This document shows positions 11,992 to 23,630 of a DNA stretch of 64,000 bases, piece after piece (the stretch's first letter is position 1; each line of letters opens with the position of its first letter). The DNA is from Nageia nagi (taxonomy: Eukaryota; Plantae; Pinophyta): positions 180,110,001-180,174,000 of the forward strand of contig JBITNC010000001.1 of the NCBI GenBank assembly GCA_050084985.1, read 5' to 3'. The translations under genes and the position numbers were made by a program. Under the pieces are notes generated by a model, which was not told the origin of the DNA, did not search any database, and was given only the letters and a program-made list of their open reading frames with translations.

Positions 11992-14900
11992 GATTATGCC
12001 CATTATTGTTGCCAAAGTGTTGTTAAATGCCCTAATAGTGAGAGTAGGCACATTTAATAACTTAATAGAAACCTTTAATCACTCAAGTGCTACATATGAT
12101 ATAACATTAATGGCTGATCAATTATCTATTAGCACTCTTTTTGATGGGTGTGAATCCACATAGGCAACAATGTACAAAGTGGGATGCTTTGCCTTCTCAG
12201 GTTGAGAATGTTGAATCTCATTCTGATAAAATGTAAGACCAGGCCTAGTGGCACTCTAAATAACCTCTATGAAATATTCAAAATAATTGGGGTTACTACT
12301 ATCTAGCTCAATAGCTTTTAATATCTTGTTCAAAGCATTGCTATGTTTGGCTGATTGTTGCAATAGATCATATAAGGAAAGCTTTATCTATGTGGTCTAA
12401 AGCTACTACTCTAACTATGCCTAAATGGTCATAAGAGCTCTAGGGGGCTCTATTTGAATCTATAATTGAGGTTGAAGTAATGGTTATTGAATTCCTACAT
12501 CCCGAGGGGGAGGAGGAGGTGCTTTGTCATTACCTTAACCCATCCTGTTAGTAACCCCTATCATGTTTCTACCATGGATCTCTACAATCTAATATGTCAT
12601 AGGTGGATCCATGATACCCATAAAGTTAAAATGTGGGGTTATATTTATGCCTTCGATAAATGGAAAATGTGACTTTGTATCAGTAAAGCCCATAAATTCA
12701 TTATTCTATCTTGGATTATAGTCATGTACTATTTGTTACATTAGCTTTGATAAGATATGATTAACATTAGTATTGTGCCTTGGTAAAGGATCTTGAAATA
12801 CACCCAAGTTTCGATTAGGTTGACCCACAAGGTTTCCCATCAATACCTACCTGCTATCAATCAATCTCTGAATGGTATTCCTTAATTGATTGCACTTATT
12901 CATATCATGTCCCTTTTATCTATGGTAAGTGCAATACTCATTATCCTTGTAGCATGTAGGCTTCTCCCAATTAGGATCTTCTAGCTTGATTTCAAGGAGA
13001 GTGACTAATTGATCATTCAAAAACTTTTTTAAAACATCCTCAATAGGTTTGGCTAAAGGTGTCCAAGGTTTATGTGGCTCTTATTATCGAGGTTGCCTAG
13101 GCCCATAGGGATCTTGTTGATTAGTTTTCTCATTATTAGGTTTAGGTATTTCTTGATTCTAGGGCTATGATGGTGCATTGGCCTTGGGTGGCCGTAGTGG
13201 AGCTAACTAAATAACTATTTGTATTCGTGAGACTTCAAGAGATACCTAGTTACTTTTTGGTTTTTGATGAGAAGTGATAGGATTATTTCCATTATTTTGA
13301 TACTTTTGATTATTATTATCTTTTTTTCTTAGCTAAATTTCCCCATTTTGAACTTTGGCCTCCTTTATTAACTTAGCTTGAGATAACACCTCCTTAAAGG
13401 TGCGATGTTGTTGTATCCTAAGAATAGAGGAGATGGGCTTGTTACAAATTCTAGAGAATAATTTGACTAATTCTTCTTGTGGAAAAGTTTAGGACATATT
13501 TGTAACAATGGCCCTCCATCTACATACGTAATCTGATATAGACTCATTCTCAAACTGTTAAAGTTTTCCCAAGTTTGTTATTGAAGCTCTCTTACGTATA
13601 TTGATGGCAAAGTGATCTAATAATTTATTGACTAATTACTCAAAGGAATAGATACTATGTTGTGGGAGGTTATTATACCAATCTAGATCCTGACCTGCTA
13701 ATGTCATAAGGAAGGTCTTGAGCATAAGCAAATCATTATTACTAATAATGTAACATGAATACTTGAACTGATAAAGGAGCTCTTTAGGAGCTTCCTTGCC
13801 CTTGAATTTGTAAATCTTAGGTACCTCAAACTTGTATGGAAAGCTCTTATTTGGCACACTAGGATGGATCTGCTCATTACAAATAGATGTGTAAGATAAC
13901 TTTTCCTTTCCATGTTCATTAAATTGAAGCTCCATATCCTCCAACCTCTTCAAAATTTGATCATTCACTATGAGAGGTTGAGGATTAACAATGGCATGAG
14001 ACTATGGTACTACATTGATAGGTGGATCCTCAAATCGATCATATGGATCATATTGATCATCATAATGTACATCCTGATCCTATTGGTATGACAGTCCATA
14101 GCTAGGCTTTGTTTCAAAGATCACCTTGGATCCAAGGTTTAAAATATTTCGACCCAAAATCCTTCTAGTCAACAGATGCTCCAATTCATAATGATGATGA
14201 AATTGAGTGGGCCCATGCGAAGAGGCTTGGGCAAGGCAAGATGATTCATCATGCCTAGGATTAGAAAGGGGTATGAGGGATATAGGATGGGCATACGTGA
14301 GATGAGGATCTAGGACTTGATGTGCGTATGTCTATTAGGGTGGCACCACTACATGAGAAGATGATGAATAATGTGGTTGTAGCGATGGATTGTTTGGGCA
14401 TGAAGAATACCCATGTCCTAACTAAACTCTAAGCTAACTGATAGGATAAGAATAAGATACAAAAATATGAGGTATATTGGGATAAAAAGGTTGGGAACTG
14501 ACTTGATAAATGGGCTTAAGATCATACATGGGATGAGATGTAAGTTGATAACTAGATTGGTTTGCAAGGTGGGTATCATCATAATAGTATCCAACGCATT
14601 TATTAAGAGGATATGGAGGGCCTTATGATATGTAAGGATATGAGGTTCAAGACTAATGGGATGCAAAGGTGAAGGCCTAGGAGGTAGACATGAAGGACCA
14701 TAATAAGGTTTAGTGATGGCTAGTCTATGACATGAAAGGGGTTGATAGTGTGATGCTCTAATATATGGGGGTGATATGAAATGTAATAAAGGCTCCACAT
14801 GATATGAAGTCTCCATGAACTCATCAATAATGTATCATGCAGAAGGGTGGAGAGGACATGACCTAGAATTAGGAGACATGGAGGCATCCTGTATGTGACT

Positions 14901-15260
14901 ATATGATGTCTCTCCATCATATGGATGTTCTCGAAGATGAGGAGCATCAACGGTAGGTTGAGGTGATGAATCTATATCAAAAAGATTTAAAAGGTAACCC
15001 TAAGTCTTTTAGAAATCTCTATATAAACTTTAGATCATAGGATCACTTAAGAACATCTCTTAGGGAGACACATGAGAGTCGATAGGATGAAAAGGTTGAT
15101 GAATCAAACTAGGTTGATGTCTAGAGGTCTTATGATCGAGATCATGCTGGTGGATATAATGAGAATCATCCTAAGGAGGATCTAACTAACAATGTGTATA
15201 AGGTCTCTCTAGAGAAAGGAAGTCCTCTATCCTAGAAAGACTAGCCCTATAGGGCATCAT
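11992..15260 (-). pseudogene. Gypsy-A gag-protease pseudogene with a long His/Pro/Ser-rich N-terminus
   Basis: Probable ATG at 15260, low-complexity H/P/S-rich frames at 14000-15250, then retrotransposon gag, zinc knuckles and aspartic protease motif. Confidence 0.7.
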
Positions 15261-17116
15261 ATGATCTCACCCCTCGTATTGAGGGGTAGACACTAAAACA
15301 TGAAACCTCTCTAAGGTTTGGCTAAATGAAAGTCATGGTGAAGCTTGTGTGTGATTGCATGGAGGTGACTAATGTGGTGTATGAGATATAATACATGGGA
15401 CTTGCATGTGGGGAAGAGGATGTGATTGATTAGCTTGAGTACTTTATTCCTCTTCCTCTCTAGCTCGATTCTGAGACCTAGTCTCAACCATGTGAATGAA
15501 CCAGGGATTTTCATCCCTAGAAGATACATGAGACATGGTAACCAAGGGGTAGACTCAATGGAATGAAAAGGATAATGTAAAGTGTATCAAATAAGATTTC
15601 TAACCAAATCCCAAAAGCATACAATGAAATAGTGCATAAAGCAATAAATCACTCAGTAACCAACCTAGAATTTTATTAAAAATCTTATTTAATATGTATG
15701 CAATTAACACTAAATAGCCTAAATGATCACTTCAAAATAATTCTAAATGAGAAGCAATAGTGAGAGATAGCAATGGTGCTTATCTTATTTAATTGTTTCT
15801 TATTCAATTTGAAAATATATTTTTAGTGAGCCAATTTAATGCAAATGTTAATTTTGACTCTTATTAGATTTCCTAAAGATGTGTCTAGTTAGGCATTTTT
15901 AGGTAAGGCTCAATCTCTAGGGGTGTAGAACATTTTACAAGATGTCTCAGGTACCTCTACAACTACTCCCCAATAGAGGGGGCTTCCACCTTGTTGATGA
16001 AATCCAAGTATGGGTTAGGTCATGGTGATAAAATCCATGTATCCTAGTTACTCCCTAGGTATGCGATGGACTTTTAATGCGAGAAAGAAAATATGAGATG
16101 CAATGTTGTATGATAATGCAATGCAATTACACCTACCAAATGCTTGCTTTTCAAAATAAAATCCAAATCACTCCCAACCTGAGGATGCTAAAATAATAAA
16201 GTATACCTTTTTCTTTTTGAAATAATAAACAATGCAAGAGATAACAATGTCCTTTAATGCACACAACAATTAGTAAATCAAACCCCAAATGGAAATAAAT
16301 CCCTTTACAAGATGTTCATTTTAATAACCAAATAAGATTTTCAATGTGTGATGTACTAATCACCCCCAAGATGCAATACAATTTCACTATAAGAAAGGGG
16401 CAATCCTACATGAAACAAGTAACCAAACTATATGGACCATGTGTAGAAAGTAATCTAAAAACTCACCCAACCTTAGAATGTTCCTTCCTACTCTAAGCTT
16501 AGTGATTGATTATGGTTACAACACTCTACCTCATAATCATCCTCTACAAGGACAACTAGTGCTAGTCATTCAAGTGATCAGAAGTTGTATGGATGACCAC
16601 AAGTGCACCCGGAGTAAAAATTAAAACTTAAAATAAATGCAGAAAAACCCTTTATAAGGGTGAATGACACATCTTGTGATAAGGACACCCAAAATAGTAC
16701 AAGTAAAAACTTGATAATGGACTACTACCCCTAGTACAGATGAGATCTAAGAATACAAAATGCTAAAATAAAAATATAACTAATATTGCAATCAAAATTG
16801 CCATTCTATGTGGTGATTGTACAATTTGTATAGATGACCTTGGGGTCACCCTAATAAGGGATGATTTACAGTCAAAATTAGATAGAAGGTGGAAGATTTG
16901 TTCTGTGTTTGTAAGGATCCTTCAAGGTTTTCATATCTTGATCTACCTGCTCTTAGTAAGGTACTTTGTAAGTTACAACCAAAAATTAGTTCCAGATAAA
17001 CTCTGAATTGCAAGAAGTATCCAAAATTTGAAACCATCAAAATAAGGTAAAAAGCTTAGGAAATCCTCTTTTATCTTAGGGTTTAGGACCAACAGGGTCC
17101 CATCAAGATCACCATT

Positions 17117-18325
17117 TGTGAACACCTCGAATCCTTAACACATCAAACACTCAAACCACTCATGAGTATTCCAAGATTCAAGATATTCAATTCTAAATTT
17201 TCCTGTGTTATATTGTGATAATGAATGATAAAAGCAAGGTTTAGAAATGATCCTTAGTCTTTAATGATGTCAATATGTGCTTAGATCTAAAAGGAAATAA
17301 TAAATATCAAAGTGGACATCAAATCACAAGTCCTTTAGACCTTATGATTGTCAAAAATGATGTAGAAACCTAACTCTATAATGTTGTAGATCCCCTTAGT
17401 CCATAGTCAAATGGATTCTCACAAAGATATCGATGCTTATGATTCAAATATGTGCTAGACTCATAAATATTAATGTTAAATGCTTGAACAAAGATAATTG
17501 ACAAATGATTATGGTAGATTTATGCTAAATTGACAAATGACATTCAAGATTTGACAAAATACAAGCAATATGTGCAAAGATTTAACTAAATGATAACGTA
17601 TTACAATTTAAGTCACAAATTCAAAGCTAAGAGTGGTAGATCTAAGCTAATAATCCAAGTAAATCAACAAATATGTGATAACCCTAGGGTTTGGAACCTA
17701 AAGGTCAAACCCTAGCCTAAACCCTAGGATGTAATTAGCCTAATAAATGCCTATATGTCATACAAATGCAATTGCAAATTGAAATAAAAGGATACAAGCT
17801 TTAATAAATGGTGGATTGATCTTCAAATATGGAAATATCAATGAAAGACACCATTAATATCTTAAATAAAATCTCAAATGATCAAAGAGTACCTCAATCC
17901 ATTTATAATGGAGAAGTGTGCTCAAGGATTAAAGAGGAGTGTTCTTGATTTGGTAAGTCCTTCACAATGATCTCCCAAAGCTCAAGTATAAGCACTAGGA
18001 AATGTAGAGGTTGCAGAGTCCATACAAGTTAGAGCATGAAAATCGAAGAAGAAGCTTGGAATGTGTGCCAATTGATTTTTATAATACTCATTCAAAATCA
18101 TCCTGATGACTGTGATGTCTACAGGGTCATTGTGATTGACAAGTCATCCAAGCTATTGGAATCAAAGGTGTTAGAAAAAATAAAAGGCCTAGATTGAGTC
18201 AATTAGTCTAACAAAGGACCTATAAAACACACGTTAGTCCAACATGATAATGTAATACATGATATATGCCAAAATATCTATGTAACACTATCAACAAACC
18301 AAGATGCATTTTTAGGGTGCTTACA
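17117..18325 (-). repeat. 5' LTR of Gypsy-A (~1.2 kb)
   Basis: TG...CA termini on the minus strand. The right flank (CATCTTATGTCTTGACC) is Copia integrase sequence homologous to 5644. Confidence 0.75.
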
Positions 18326-20720
18326 CATCTTATGTCTTGACCTTCATCGATGACTTCAATAGGATGACATTTGGTTATTTTTTAGAGCATAAGGATCAAT
18401 GTTTGATAGGTTCAAATATTTCAAAGTCTTGATTGAAAATCAATCTAACTTCAAAATCAATATGATGAGATCTAATAATGGGGGTGAATATTACAATAAT
18501 GAGTTCAATAACTATTATGCCAAATACGAAATGTAGAGGTAGTTTATGATACCTTACATCCCTCAACATAATGGTGTTACCAAAAGAAATAATAGGACCA
18601 TTCAGGAAATGGCAAGGTGTATGTTGGGAAATCTTCCTAGCTTCTTATGGGGTGAAGTTGTAAGCACTGTAATCTACATCCTAAACAAGTTTCCTATGAA
18701 AGTAATTGAATGCAAAATCCTATATGTTGCATGGATTGTAAATAAACCTAACATCTCTCACTTTAGGGTTTTTGGTTGTGATGCTTATGCCTTTGTTTTC
18801 CTTGATAAAATAAACAAGATGAATAAGAGATCCAAAAAGTGTATTTTTATGGGTTATGACAATTAGCATAAAGGCTACAGGCTCTACTCTCCTTCCTCTA
18901 GAGTAGTGTTAATCTTGAGGGATGTAAAGTATAATGAACTTCATGAGGAATCTACTTCTTGTGAGGATCTGGATGATCTTCATGAATCTTTTGTTTCACC
19001 TAAATAGATGGATATAAGTATGGATAAGTAATCTTAGGAGAAAAATTCTTCAACATAAATGATAATAAGAAGTATGACCTTAAATAAATCCTTGTTTGCC
19101 AAAATTGATAACAAGAATGAGCCCTCATCATTCAAGGAAGCTTTAAAGAACGAGTGTTGGATGGAAGCGATGAAAGTGGAGTATGAAGCTCTAATGAAAA
19201 ATTAAACTTGGGATTTGGTTCTCTATCCCAATAAATAGAATGTGATTGGAAATAAATGGATTTACAAGGTTAAATACAATTTAGTTGGAGAAATTGAGAA
19301 ATACAAAGTAAGGTTAGTAGCCAAAGGTTTCACTCATAAAGATGGAGTTGACTATGAGGAAACCTTTTCTCTAATGGAAAATATGCCTATTATTAGGTTA
19401 ATATTTAATATTTAAGTAGCTCAAGGATAGAAATTTTTTCAACTTGATGTTAAGAGTGTTTTTCTCAATGGTGACTTAGATGTGAAAATCTACATGAATC
19501 AACCATAAGGGTTTGTTGTGAAAAGAAAATAGTCCTTTATGTGCGAGTTGAATAACTACTTGTATGGACTTAAGCAAGCACCTAAATCTTGGTATAAAAA
19601 GATTTTAGAATACTTTGAGGATATTGGGTTTTCTAAGTGCTTCTCCAACACTGATCTATACATGCTGAAGCAAAACTTGGTATTGATTCTTTTATATGTG
19701 GATGATCTTTTGATAACAAGGAATAATGTTAAAATTATCCAAGAGTACATATCCAAACTCAAGGAAATTTTTGAAATTACTTGCCTTGGTCTCTTACACT
19801 ACTACCTTTCTATGCAAGTGTACCAATACAAGGATTGTACTTACCTGAGTCAATCCAAGTATATATCATACATATTACAAAAGTTTGGAATGGAGGAATG
19901 CAATCTTGCTGCAATCCCAATCTCTCCTAGAATCACGTTGTCTCTTAACTTCAACTCTCAATTGGTAGATGCTATAGCTTATAGGTAATTAACTAATACT
20001 CTTCTTTATTTGACTATCTTTAGGCTAGATATTGCCTTTGCAATAAATCCTATGGCACAGTATATGCAAAAACTATATGTTAAGCACCTCAATATTGTTA
20101 AGAAAATATTGAGGTATGTTGTGGGAACTAAGGATGTTTATCTCAAGTATTCCAAGTTGCCCTCATTTGTTCTCTCAAGGTTCTCAAATTCAAACTATGG
20201 GGGAGATACAGATGAAAACTTATATGTTTAGCATTGGTATAGGTGCTATCTTTTGGGCTTCCAAGAAGTAACCTACTATTGCTCTCTACCATAGAGGTAA
20301 ACTATTGAGCAACATCAATCATAGTTTAGGAAGCTATTTGGTTGAGGCATCTTCTAAAAGAAATTTGATATGAGCAAGATCGCCCATCTCATATTTCTTC
20401 ATATAATTAATAGGCTATTACTTTAGCAAAGAATCTTATTTTCCATTAAAGAACAAAACATGTACAAATCCAAGACCATTTTGTCAAGGAGAAGGTTCTC
20501 AATGGTATCCTTGAATTGTAGTATTATCCATTACTCCAAAAATTTGTTTATTTGTTCACCATGCCCCTTTCTAAAGCCCAATTCTATAAGCTTAGGGAAT
20601 CTATTGGGTTGGTTAAGTTGCCCTCAAGGGGGAGTGAAGGTTTAATTCTTATTGAATTCATATTTTTGATGATAAATTTATCCCTAGGATAATATTTTGG
20701 CTATATAGTATTGATATTTA

Positions 20721-20900
20721 TGTATACCTTCATGGTTAGTTCGATCCATGCGAGGAACTAGTTGTACATTTTTTGAGCATATGATGTACATGTTCATGGT
20801 TAGTTCTCTCTATGTGAGGAGCTAGTTGTACATTTTTTGAGTAGATGATGTACATCTTCATGGTTAGTTCACTTTGAGTGAAGAACTAATGGTACATTTT
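20721..20900. repeat. 64-bp tandem repeat (~3 copies) in the A3 3' UTR
   Basis: TGTACATCTTCATGGTTAGTTC...TGAGGAACTAGTTGTACATTTTT units at ~20721, 20785 and 20849. Confidence 0.8.
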
Positions 20901-21486
20901 GGCTTCTACTAGCATTGTTTTAGTTATCAATATGTGAGAAATCAATATGTTTATTTTGGTACTATTTGGTTATCCATATACGAGCAACTTGTATGTGCTT
21001 ATACTTTATTTTTTTGATGTTGATCAATACATGTTTTTTATACAATAGGTGACTATGAGTATTAGCTTTGCATCTTTATGATGAATTATAGTACACCAAT
21101 GATCACTTTATGGATGGAATTAATTGATTCATTTATCTTAAATTGCTATGAATGCTTATATGATGCATCTAACTGATCTTATTTATGAGTTTCTTGAAGC
21201 TTGCAAGTTTCTTTTTGAGAATGTAGGTTACCTACTTCGAGTAGGCAAGCTCATGGAGTCTCATCATGTTAACTTGGATTTGATTGACTACTTTATACAG
21301 TGAAACCATGTGCGGTTAATGATTATATTGTAAATCATTTTTTTGAATGGTAATGTAATGATCCTCAATATAAGATCTTGTTTATTTCTCAAAGATGTAA
21401 ATGTTCTCATCTCCAATTGCATCTCTATGGAGGAGAACTCTCTCTTTCTTCTCTCTATTCTATCCCAATAATGCATTAAAAGGGAG

Positions 21487-22043
21487 CATTAGAATGTATA
21501 ATGCATTATTATAGGGTCTCTTGATGTAAATTTACTTAATACGTAAAGGTATCCTAGATACCTTAAGTATTTAGTAAATAAAGTAATGTAAATTCACTAA
21601 TACTTAAAAGTATCCCTAGATACCTTTTAAGTATTTGTGAATAAAATAATGTAACTTATCCTACACTCCAACTCATGGTCATGTCTCTTGGGTAAAAGGG
21701 TGATGCATGACATGACTTTGTACAAAAGTTAAAAGAGTGATGCAAGGGAGGATTTTGGCCTATAAATAAAGGGCCCTCCCATTGAGATTACTCACTTAAT
21801 TTTGTAGTGTTGTTATGCTTTAGGATTGTTAGGAGATGTAGGAAGAGTTGTTGTAAGAGAGTGCATCTTGAAAATAAAGATCTTAGATTAATGGATTTAC
21901 TCCCATGGTTGGAGGAACCACTTTACATTGGTGTTAAGTTTGTGAGATTTGCTATTGTGTTATGTTATTATGTTGAAGTTGTAAAAAATTTCTTGAGATA
22001 TTGGTTGAATAGATATTTAGTTATTTAGGATTAATGTCTCTCA
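21487..22043 (+). repeat. 3' LTR of Copia A3
   Basis: CATTAGAATGTATAATGCATTATT (decayed TGTTGGAA...) after the purine tract AAAAGGGAG; internal ~60-bp duplication; ends ...CTCTCA. Confidence 0.85.
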
Positions 22044-23630
22044 TCTCTATCCCTTTAACTATGTGATCTCCTCAAGTTCGGCTCTCTCTCCATCCCATCC
22101 TCCTCCCTCGATTTTTCTTCATTTGGAGTAGGATGTAGGGGGCTCATATGCCTTTTTTGAATATATTTACTTCCAATGAATTGGTTGGTGGTGGTCATTT
22201 TCTTCTAGATGGTGGTTATGAAATCTATCATATTATGGATGGCTAAAATGAGCTCATTAAAACTCCTTTATGACATGGACTCTATAGGTGAAGTAGAGCT
22301 TCTCCTTATGGCCAATGTGGATCTTCCTCTGTCTACCTCATTCTCCTCACCAAAATGGTCCTCATCAAGGGAATCATTCATCCAAGGCTAATAATCCTCA
22401 TCTTATGCAGCTATGGAAGATGTTTCTTTCCACTCTTCTTTACTGAAGCCATCTCTCTTTTGGTACTAGATTGGATGTAGTAGTTATAAACTATAGGTTT
22501 CATTCACAAGTTGGACAAATCTAAGCTTTGATACCACAATAGAATCCCAAATACAAATTCAAGTGCAATTAAGAAAATATAATCATATAAACATCCAAGT
22601 CTAGCTTAAAGGGAAAACTAGAAGCAAATACAACCTTACAATACCAATGTTAGGGTTAGGGCAACAAATACAAGTCTACACAACATAATAATTCCAACGT
22701 TTGACTTCAACATGCATAAACGAACAAATACATTAGAATGTTGCAATAATGGGTAATGATACAAGATAATATGAACACCTAATTGCTTAATGATTGTATT
22801 AATGATATGAAGCAATAATAATACAATACCAGGCCCAAAGGGCTCAATGTTGGCCTCCAAGGAGCCAACTAGGGCATAACAAATATGATCGATGATGTAT
22901 GGATGGAATAATGGTTAGGATAACCTTACTCCTTAGACATGGATGCTTTGCTGTAAAACTCCCACACTTGGAAACCACTAGAGGTAGTAATGTGACCTTG
23001 GAAGGCCATTAGATGGACTAAGATGTTACACCTTAACCGTATATTAATAGGATCCCTCAGCATGCTAACCATCCTAGATGTTACACCTAAGGATGTGCTT
23101 GATGCTAGTCCAAGATTGGTGTCCATTAGATGATACAATAAATAATGATATTTTTGTGTCTTTAGAAATGATGCTCTAAGGCCTAATATAGTTTACATTA
23201 GATCTGGATCTCACCTGAAAGTCATCACCCAACCCCTCAAACCCTAACGATGGTGCCTAATAATCATTTAGGTCCAATGTGGGTATCTAGGCCTCCATTA
23301 TGCTCCACATGGATCCTCAAGCTCAAGATGGACTTTAAAGGGCATGTGTGGGTCAAGGAGGCATATTTGGGTACTTATGAGGCATATGTGGCTATCATGG
23401 ACCCACATGGGGGTCTAGGAGTCTCCCCAAGATCGATGCATGTGTACAAGTGCTCTCAATATCAACATTAGGGTCATTAGGTGATTATCCATGATCTAAG
23501 TGCTAAATAAGCCTTAGGATTCCCACAATCACTTTTTCAAGATCTCTAAGTAAATTAAATCACACTAATCTACATTTAATAGGGAGATGTCCCACTTGGG
23601 GCTCATAGTGGGGTCCAATGGCCCATTATG
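22044..23630 (-). mobile_element. Chromovirus-like LTR element fragment (LTR ~22540-23630, PBS, start of internal region)
   Basis: Minus-strand PBS TGGTATCAAAGCTTAG at ~22521-22536, with a post-PBS sequence resembling that at 33843. The upstream LTR boundary is uncertain. Confidence 0.55.

Larger units (their letters stand above)
11992..18325 (-). mobile_element. Tat/Ogre-type Ty3/Gypsy element Gypsy-A (5' LTR, leader, gag, protease)
   Basis: LTR 17117-18325 (TGTAAGCACCC...GTTCACA), then PBS-like TGGTGATCTTGATGGGAC. Gag ORF 13636-13968 (KFEVPKIYKFKGKE...TFLMTLAGQDLDWY), zinc knuckle YCTYHRxKGHDMNKC at ~12880-12930, protease VLIDN*SAINV at ~12110-12140. Confidence 0.85.
18326..22043 (+). mobile_element. 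Ty1/Copia family A, copy A3 (3' half: INT-RT-RNaseH, 3' UTR, 3' LTR)
   Basis: [36 protein letters not shown] and RTKHV motifs; LTR 21487-22043. Confidence 0.9.

Noticed and set aside
729-11996. A1 plus A2 as a single element with inverted terminal repeats (DIRS-like or foldback)
   Set aside because: Each half has its own PBS and Copia gag, there is no shared TSD, and no tyrosine recombinase is present.
17678-17730. AAACCCTA telomere-like words
   Set aside because: These are isolated telo-box-like motifs common in plant LTRs, not a telomeric array.
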